Source of the DNA: Candidatus Thalassarchaeaceae archaeon | GTDB taxonomy: Archaea > Thermoplasmatota > Poseidoniia > Poseidoniales > Thalassarchaeaceae | Direction of reading: 5' to 3' | Assembly (NCBI GenBank): GCA_030747675.1 | Contig: JASLKH010000008.1 | Span: 1-51,242, forward strand | Length of the DNA: 51,242 bases | Part shown: piece by piece, positions 44,573-51,242 of the stretch | Layout: each line of letters opens with the position of its first letter | How positions within the stretch are numbered: position 1 is the first letter of the stretch | Made by a program: the position numbers and the translations under genes | Notes under the pieces: model-generated | Told to the model about the DNA's origin: nothing | The model's database searches: none | What the model saw: only the letters and a program-made list of their open reading frames with translations

Positions 44573-46708
44573 TTAGAGTGCACGATGCAATCTTACCGTC
44601 AGTGATTTTGCAGCATTTGGACATTCTGCAGTGCGCAAACGATGTGCGGCTTCCGTCCAGTATGAAAGACGTGAATCTGTATCTAATTCACCTTGCCAAA
44701 ACCACCGCATAGCATCTAGACGCCTACCTGAGGCCACATCAAGTGGAAGGGGCACATCTAGCAAACGTTCGAGTGTTGTTGCAGCCCCTAGTGGATTTGT
44801 TTGTGCCTGAGCTTGTACTAATGCCAATCCTAGAGATACTCGATGAATCGGATCAGCAGTTCGTTCGACCAAACGACGCATAGCAGCTTCTGCCGCCAAA
44901 ATATCGGATCCACTTTCATTAGAGAGGCGCAAATTGGATACATGTTCTAAACGTTCAATCAATGGGTCATTACTATTGGTTAAGTTGGACAATTCATCTC
45001 GAATTAATTGTGCACCACCGCTATCCATATTTTGAATACAAATCCGATGCCGTATCATTGCTAAAAGAACCACTGCGGCCTTTCTCTTTTCTTTTTCTAA
45101 ACTACCAATATCAATATTTGATAGGTCCTTAGATATTCCATCTGGGACTCCCTTTTCATCTGGTAATCGATCATCCAACTTTGCTGCTAATCGAGAGATT
45201 CTCATTTGTGTGGCAGCAACAGGAGATGAATTCTCCAATGCGATAAGATATGCTTCGTGTGCTTTCTTCAATTCACCATTTGTCCGATGCAACCTTGCCA
45301 GTAATTCATAATCCGGTTTAGGTAACGAATTGAGATGTTCCTTTGCAAAATTAATTTCTCCACGGTCTAAGGCAACTTGTGCAGCCATTCTTCGTAATTC
45401 ATGTGCTTCAGGAAGATGGTGCAATACATCTGCTAGGAGAGTTGCAGTAGAAGATGAACCATTACTCATTATCGATTCTGAATGTTCCTTAATAAATTGG
45501 CTAGAATCTACTCCTGCCATTGTCAAATGATATGCCTCAAACCAACGAGCATCATTCCCGTCAACAGACGACCAACGTTTTGCGGCATCTGCATGAATCT
45601 TTTTTGGATCATCCCATGAAACTCTTCGAACATTCCGAACAAGGTGTTGCACTTCGACACGTCCGTCAGGCCATCGGAGTAAGGCTGCATCATCCAGTGC
45701 GTCGATATCCAATGAATCGAGGAGCATTGCATCAATTGGTCGAGGCTCAGAGCATAAGGTGTCGAGATCACTTTTCTGACTTGATGAAATTCTAGATAGT
45801 ACAGTCCCTTCAACGAAAGATTGCACGGCTTCACTTGCTTCTGGCAATTCATCTGTGGGTTCCCATAAATGTAGAGCTAAGGGGTGACCATCCAATGCTT
45901 TAGTGACCTCAATTGCTCTCTCTTCGGTCACTGAATCTCCTAACAAAAAGTAACCATATTCAGACTGAATTCCTTCTAGTTTCAATGTGGCTTCATAAGG
46001 TGAAGGCGCCCTTACCCCAATAGCTAATTTTATTTTATCAGAATCCATCAATCGAGATAATAATTCGTTGATTTTACTTTGATGTCTTTCATGAACAGAT
46101 TGGAGATTATCTGCAATCAAAATCTTATTGATTTTGACCAACATCGCAATTTGCGCCTCCAGATTTTGAGGGGCATCATCAATTCCAAGCCACTTTGCAA
46201 TTAAATTGGTTACGTCCATTGAAGAATCGAGAGCACAATATCGACTATTTTTCAATTCCTTTAGGAGAGCAGTTTTTCCAATTCCCGGTATTCCAGTGAC
46301 AATAGCAAATCCATTTTCCAATTCATTTTGAAGATTAAGAAGTTCAACATTTCTGCCAAATACTCCATTGTTTGTTTTTGTATAATCATTAGTTTCTTCA
46401 GCAGATTCAACAGTCATCGTTACTTGTTGCCTACCTTTACTCGTTATGTGAATGACATTTCGGCGACGTGAACCACCACCTATAACGTGCGCTTGGCGGG
46501 TCCGAATAAGGCCAGAATTTTCTAACAACTTTAGTGGTTCATGCAAAGCACTGCGAACCAAACCAAGTGATTCCGCCAACCCTGGAAGAGATAGTTCTCT
46601 TGGAACATCCCATGCATTTTCAATCTCTTCAGGATAGCGTGTGAGCAGACGCAAGATTCGCGTCTGAGACTCGGTCAGCATGGATACTCTGAGAACTTCT
46701 TTACTCAT
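44573..46708 (-). CDS. wHTH - STAND (NB-ARC-like) NTPase - TPR-like protein
   Basis: N-terminal HTH (LSLPGLAESLGLVRSALHEPLKLLENSGLI), FGRNVEL, Walker A GIPGIGKT, Walker B ILIADN, GHPLAL, VQHLVR, then helical repeats. Confidence 0.8.
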   Translation of the reverse strand: MSKEVLRVSMLTESQTRILRLLTRYPEEIENAWDVPRELSLPGLAESLGLVRSALHEPLKLLENSGLIRTRQAHVIGGGSRRRNVIHITSKGRQQVTMTVESAEETNDYTKTNNGVFGRNVELLNLQNELENGFAIVTGIPGIGKTALLKELKNSRYCALDSSMDVTNLIAKWLGIDDAPQNLEAQIAMLVKINKILIADNLQSVHERHQSKINELLSRLMDSDKIKLAIGVRAPSPYEATLKLEGIQSEYGYFLLGDSVTEERAIEVTKALDGHPLALHLWEPTDELPEASEAVQSFVEGTVLSRISSSQKSDLDTLCSEPRPIDAMLLDSLDIDALDDAALLRWPDGRVEVQHLVRNVRRVSWDDPKKIHADAAKRWSSVDGNDARWFEAYHLTMAGVDSSQFIKEHSESIMSNGSSSTATLLADVLHHLPEAHELRRMAAQVALDRGEINFAKEHLNSLPKPDYELLARLHRTNGELKKAHEAYLIALENSSPVAATQMRISRLAAKLDDRLPDEKGVPDGISKDLSNIDIGSLEKEKRKAAVVLLAMIRHRICIQNMDSGGAQLIRDELSNLTNSNDPLIERLEHVSNLRLSNESGSDILAAEAAMRRLVERTADPIHRVSLGLALVQAQAQTNPLGAATTLERLLDVPLPLDVASGRRLDAMRWFWQGELDTDSRLSYWTEAAHRLRTAECPNAAKSLTVRLHRAL

Positions 46709-46772
46709 GACCCTTCACCTGTCATGGGAGGGTTGATTGAAGACGACTAAGTCGGGTAGTTGAGGTGTGCTG

Positions 46773-48470
46773 ATGCCAATGGACCCTAAGTCGCTTCATT
46801 TGCCATCCAAACCAGGTGTATACTTGTTTAGGACGGATGAAGGCCGTGTTCTCTACGTTGGGAAAGCAACGAACCTTCGCGATAGAGTCCGTTCTTATTT
46901 TGCAAAGAATCCAGACAGGGTTATGATTCCAGCATTAATAAAAAATTCAGAGGATGTCGAATGTATAATCACCAATTCTTCTAATGATGCTCTGATTCTT
47001 GAGCGTCAGTTAATTCGCGAACATAAGCCACGATACAATTCACTGTTAAAGGACGATAAGTCCTATCCATTCATCGCACTGAGTTCCGATGAAAGTCCAA
47101 AGATTCTGTACACCAGGCATCCACCTAGGGGTGCAAAGAGATGGGGTCCTTTTCCCGATGCGAAGGCAGCAAAATATGTTATCAAGTTGCTAAGAAGATA
47201 TTTCGGAATTCGTGATGAACGGAACAATTTGCCCTTTGGATACATTGAAAACACTGATTCTGAGACATATTCTCAACGAATCCGCGCAGTCGAAAGCGTG
47301 TTAGATGGAGATGCATTTCTTCTCATCAAAAACCTACAGCAAGAAATGGATGAGCATAGTGAGAATTTGAGATATGAGGCTGCAGCGCGTAGCCGTGATC
47401 TGATAGCAGCAGTCCAACAAACACTATCTCAACAAGTCATTCATTCCCGCTTTTATCAGGAATGTGATGCAATAGGTTTTGCTAATCAGGGAGACTTTGG
47501 CACTGTTGTAATCCTCTCTACTGAGAAGGGGAGCATTGTTGGTCAGAACCAATATCCATTGATGCATCGAGGAGATATCGCTGAGTCGGTTAGTTGTGTA
47601 CTTTCTGAGCATTATTCTCAGCGCAAACCACCCAAGACGATTCTAGTACCCTCTCCAATTGGAGAATGGATGGAATCATGGCTTACAGAACGCAGGGGCT
47701 CGAAAGTTGAAATTCGAAACCCCCAACGCGGTGAATTGGTAAAATTGCGGAAAATGGCAGATGCAAATGCAGAAGCTCAATTAATGCGTAATCAGTTGAA
47801 AGAAAGTGGGAGTTTGGAGCAACGAGCAGCAGATGACAGTGCTGCATTACTTGGTATGGAAATATTAGATCACATTGTCTGTTTTGACATGGCTCAATTG
47901 CAAGGTGAAGAGCGAGTTGGTGCAAGTATTTGTTTGCGAAATGGTCGTCCTTCTAAGAAAGAGTACAGAAGTTATGCAATCAAAGATGACGCAGTTGATG
48001 ATGTAAGAATGATGCGTAGTGTGGTAGAAAGGTGGCTGAAGCGTCAAGAAAAATGGCCTGACTTACTTCTGATTGATGGAGGAATCGTCCATCTAGAATC
48101 AATTCATGAGTTATTAATCGAACATGAACTTCTCGATTTAGTCCCCCTAGCAGCATTATCCAAGCGTGAAGAAACAATTCATCGGGTGGGTGTAGATGAC
48201 CTTGTTTTGGATCGGAGAGGCCGTGCTCTTATTTTTGCTCGCGATGAAGCTCACCGTTTCGTCAATACATTCCACCGGAAGAGAAGAAATAGAAAGGCAA
48301 TTTCCGATCCTTTGGAACGCATCGAAGGTCTTGGGGCAAAGAAATTGCAATCATTGCTAAGGCATTTTGGAGGTCGGAAAGGAATTGAACACGCAAGTCG
48401 GCAAGACCTTGAATCTGTATCTGGCATTGGTCCTGCATTGGCAACTAGGATTTGGTCTGAATTGCATTAG
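46773..48470 (+). CDS. uvrC: Excinuclease ABC subunit C
   Basis: GIY-YIG PGVYLF...YVGKATNLRDRVRSYF, KPRYNSLLKDDKSYPFI, UVR motif LRYEAAARSRD, RNase H-like CFD...PDLLLIDGG, C-terminal HhH pair. Start 46767, 46773 or 46779. Confidence 0.95.
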   Translation: MPMDPKSLHLPSKPGVYLFRTDEGRVLYVGKATNLRDRVRSYFAKNPDRVMIPALIKNSEDVECIITNSSNDALILERQLIREHKPRYNSLLKDDKSYPFIALSSDESPKILYTRHPPRGAKRWGPFPDAKAAKYVIKLLRRYFGIRDERNNLPFGYIENTDSETYSQRIRAVESVLDGDAFLLIKNLQQEMDEHSENLRYEAAARSRDLIAAVQQTLSQQVIHSRFYQECDAIGFANQGDFGTVVILSTEKGSIVGQNQYPLMHRGDIAESVSCVLSEHYSQRKPPKTILVPSPIGEWMESWLTERRGSKVEIRNPQRGELVKLRKMADANAEAQLMRNQLKESGSLEQRAADDSAALLGMEILDHIVCFDMAQLQGEERVGASICLRNGRPSKKEYRSYAIKDDAVDDVRMMRSVVERWLKRQEKWPDLLLIDGGIVHLESIHELLIEHELLDLVPLAALSKREETIHRVGVDDLVLDRRGRALIFARDEAHRFVNTFHRKRRNRKAISDPLERIEGLGAKKLQSLLRHFGGRKGIEHASRQDLESVSGIGPALATRIWSELH

Positions 48471-48473
48471 ATG

Positions 48474-51242
48474 TCAATCCCATTTGAGAAGATCTTCGTA
48501 TCCTTCATCCCACCCTTCACTGGGAATATTCCCTTTGGAATCTAGTCCTTGTAAAGATGCATCCATATCGGGGAGCCCATCATTACTGTAGAGTTCATTT
48601 CCAGTTATCTCTGCTTGTTTTATTCTCAAATTTGCCACACGGTCATTTTCTTTTTGCAAGGTTCCTTTTTTCTTCTGTGCTTTGCGTCTTCTTCTGATGT
48701 AGAATAGTAGGATAATTAGTCCTAGTAATCCGAAAATATATCCAGATAATTGCCAAAAGATGTATTCCCAACCAATAACAAACCCAAATCGGACACTATC
48801 TGATTGAGCATCACAATTTTCTATCTCATTACTTGTACATACAGGGAAGTGATAGGTGAGGGTTTGTCGCCCATCAGATTCTGACAATTCTTCCCGACTT
48901 AATGAACTATCAAAGAATGAAAAACCCAAGCCTCGTGGAAATGTTATTGAAAATGTCACAGCGGGTGTAACCAATTCACCTTCAAAATCTTCAGCTATTG
49001 GGTATATTTGTTCTTCAATTTCGTTCCCTTCAGTAATTTCGAATCCAGAAATATCACCAGTTGCAGATTGATGTTGAATGTTAGTTACTGAGAGCATAGT
49101 TTGAGTCAAACTCGAAATTGCTCCAGTAATCCCCATGCTACCCCCTACCCATTCTGCTTTGAGTGAGCCAATGTCTATTTCAAGCACAATTCGTATTGGT
49201 CTATCGTCCCGAAGAGTCGAACCTGGCCCCAGATCTAAATTACTTACAGACGCACCTACATAGATTTGAGATGCTGACATGAGTACAGGTGAATCTTCTT
49301 GCTGAATTTCGGATTCTGCATCCCGCATTACTTCATTCAACTCACGTTCATAGATTTGAGCAACATCATCGGCAAAGAGATTTATTCCATCAGCGGAAAT
49401 GGAAAGTGGCACATCATCATCTCCAATTGGAACGGTCAATTCGTCATCATAAGGACCCAGTAAACCACCTGCAACAGAGTCACCAATTTGGATTCCACGC
49501 CTGATTAAATCAGATGGAATGGCCTCTATTACCACATTATCCTGCTTTTCGGATACCGAATCAGGGACGCCAATTCTGTATAGTAATATTTCAATTTCTG
49601 CATCTGTAACCATTTCGATTGTTTTACTCCACTCATGGATATCAAGGGCTTCAATATTCAAATCAATATTCACAGCCATACATGTTCGTCGATTTGCTCC
49701 ACAAACAAAGTCCAGAGAATCCTCACCACATTGGTTTGAAGTTTGACAAATTGCATGTTCCCAGTTGTATGGATTATTACCTGTGAGTGCAATCTCATGA
49801 GATTCTTCCGAACCAATTGTATATTCGAATGTCAGGCTTTCAGGAACCCCTTCAGTAGAGCGAATCCATGAGGGGAGTAGGATGGTGACAGTAATGTCAG
49901 CAGGTGGCAGATCTTCTGAAATCCAATTGGTCAATTTTCCAGTGGGTAAATTTCCTGAAAATCGTCCAGCATTCATCAATGCAGCGAAATCTTCGTCAGT
50001 TAATACATTTGGATTAAATCCATGTAAATCAACATCAAAATCTTCTGCAAATGAGTTAATCATTTCCACAACATCTAGATCAAATGTGTTTGATTCTGAT
50101 GAAAGATATAGTGGAAATGTACCATTCATTGCATTGGGCCCCTGAACACACCAAAAACTAGGTGAAATTTCATTGCAAGTGTTACTTGAATGGATAAAAT
50201 CTAGTCCTCCAAGTTGATCCGCAGGTGCATATTCAAAGGGTGTGAATGAAATTGGAGTTGGGCTGTAAGTATTGACTAAATCATTCAATTCATCCACAGG
50301 GACTCTATCCGCGAAATCACTCAAGTCAGCTAATCCTGTGTGGTGTGCTAAGCGCATTCCATCAGATGTAACCCATGGAACTGTTACCCTTTCATCAACA
50401 AAATCCCATCCCCAATCACTAAGTGTATCTGAACCAATGTGATGGAGTCCCATTGAAATTTCCACATTCGTGGCATGCTCATTGGATGCATCTACTAAGA
50501 CATCCATGCTAACACCTCGATCATTACCTAAGTCGATTTCTACGGCTTTTGTTGTTGTAGTTCGACGTGCGATTGTAATCGAAGCAGATTGGTTTTGCCA
50601 TTCTTCAGATGTAGTTGAGAGATGGTCAATATTCCATCTTCCGTAATCATATGTATATCCGCCTTGTACTGCTTGGATAGTCTCTCCTCCACTATCCACT
50701 TCCAACAGTGTTCCATAACTTGGTGGAATGAATTCAAAAGATGCAAAATGCCCCGGAAGTGCAGTGAGATTCATCTCAGTCGTTACAGTACCGCCCATTG
50801 TTAGCAGCCCTTGATATGTGCGTTCTACATCCAATCCCGAAACAGTCATTCCTATGCTTGCAGGATCTACACTAATCCCCAGAGTTGTTCGCAAACAGAT
50901 TGGTGGGTTGTATGCATCATTGGGCAACCCTGCTAGTTCATCTGCACTATCAAAATCAGCGTCAGATGTGCATTCCACATTCTGGTCATTGATTTCGATT
51001 TGATTCACATATTGAGTATTAATCCCAGATGTTGTGCCAAATCCGTTATCGATTAAGCTAGTGACAGATGATTCAATCTCTTGTCGTAGTGCTTCTTGTA
51101 CATTCATTCCAGATGTGGTTACATAATCGAAATAATTCCGAAGGTAATCCGCAGGAATCCCGTCAGTACTTGCATCAGAACCATTGCCCAATGGCAAATC
51201 ATCAAGGAAAACGTCATTCCTCCTGATTTCATGAACTGCCCA
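48474..51242 (-). CDS. Large acidic membrane-anchored hypothetical protein (5'-truncated by window edge)
   Basis: Frame stays open upstream of the track's TTG 51197 to the edge (WAVHEIRRNDVFLDDLPLG). C-terminal TM followed by RRRRKAQKKK. Confidence 0.85.
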   Translation of the reverse strand, partial: WAVHEIRRNDVFLDDLPLGNGSDASTDGIPADYLRNYFDYVTTSGMNVQEALRQEIESSVTSLIDNGFGTTSGINTQYVNQIEINDQNVECTSDADFDSADELAGLPNDAYNPPICLRTTLGISVDPASIGMTVSGLDVERTYQGLLTMGGTVTTEMNLTALPGHFASFEFIPPSYGTLLEVDSGGETIQAVQGGYTYDYGRWNIDHLSTTSEEWQNQSASITIARRTTTTKAVEIDLGNDRGVSMDVLVDASNEHATNVEISMGLHHIGSDTLSDWGWDFVDERVTVPWVTSDGMRLAHHTGLADLSDFADRVPVDELNDLVNTYSPTPISFTPFEYAPADQLGGLDFIHSSNTCNEISPSFWCVQGPNAMNGTFPLYLSSESNTFDLDVVEMINSFAEDFDVDLHGFNPNVLTDEDFAALMNAGRFSGNLPTGKLTNWISEDLPPADITVTILLPSWIRSTEGVPESLTFEYTIGSEESHEIALTGNNPYNWEHAICQTSNQCGEDSLDFVCGANRRTCMAVNIDLNIEALDIHEWSKTIEMVTDAEIEILLYRIGVPDSVSEKQDNVVIEAIPSDLIRRGIQIGDSVAGGLLGPYDDELTVPIGDDDVPLSISADGINLFADDVAQIYERELNEVMRDAESEIQQEDSPVLMSASQIYVGASVSNLDLGPGSTLRDDRPIRIVLEIDIGSLKAEWVGGSMGITGAISSLTQTMLSVTNIQHQSATGDISGFEITEGNEIEEQIYPIAEDFEGELVTPAVTFSITFPRGLGFSFFDSSLSREELSESDGRQTLTYHFPVCTSNEIENCDAQSDSVRFGFVIGWEYIFWQLSGYIFGLLGLIILLFYIRRRRKAQKKKGTLQKENDRVANLRIKQAEITGNELYSNDGLPDMDASLQGLDSKGNIPSEGWDEGYEDLLKWD

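Overview
Gene-dense archaeal chromosome segment, mostly about 40-45% GC by spot counts. Archaeal RadA, Rpo6/RpoK, Hel308-Cgi121 and an A1-U72 initiator tRNA-Met, together with heme O/A synthases, UvrC and several giant membrane-anchored proteins rich in DxDxDG calcium repeats, point to Marine Group II Euryarchaeota (Ca. Poseidoniales). This taxonomy is inferred from gene content, not from a search. I call 34 CDS; the first and last run off the window edges, and the first is missing from the ORF track. There is one tRNA. I found no CRISPR array, rRNA, integrase or transposase. Most genes are recognisable housekeeping or typical MGII surface proteins, and I cannot demonstrate a complete new system. 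Best leads: (1) a UvrC lacking the Cys-rich Fe-S segment; (2) a wHTH-STAND-TPR regulator abutting two stand-alone RAM domains; (3) GC-rich near-perfect inverted repeats near gene 5' ends, five sharing a CCC-N3/4-GGG core; (4) a recurrent C-containing TATA-like element, TTCAWW; (5) a doubled TCACTTTCAGAA motif upstream of radA; (6) an integrin-alpha-like FG-GAP surface protein with a long cytoplasmic tail; (7) an EF-hand/zinc-ribbon protein; (8) a kexin/furin-type protease whose candidate start codons are both buried in one hairpin. Many start codons were moved inward from the ORF track using signal peptides, family N-termini and SD or promoter spacing; these are judgement calls.
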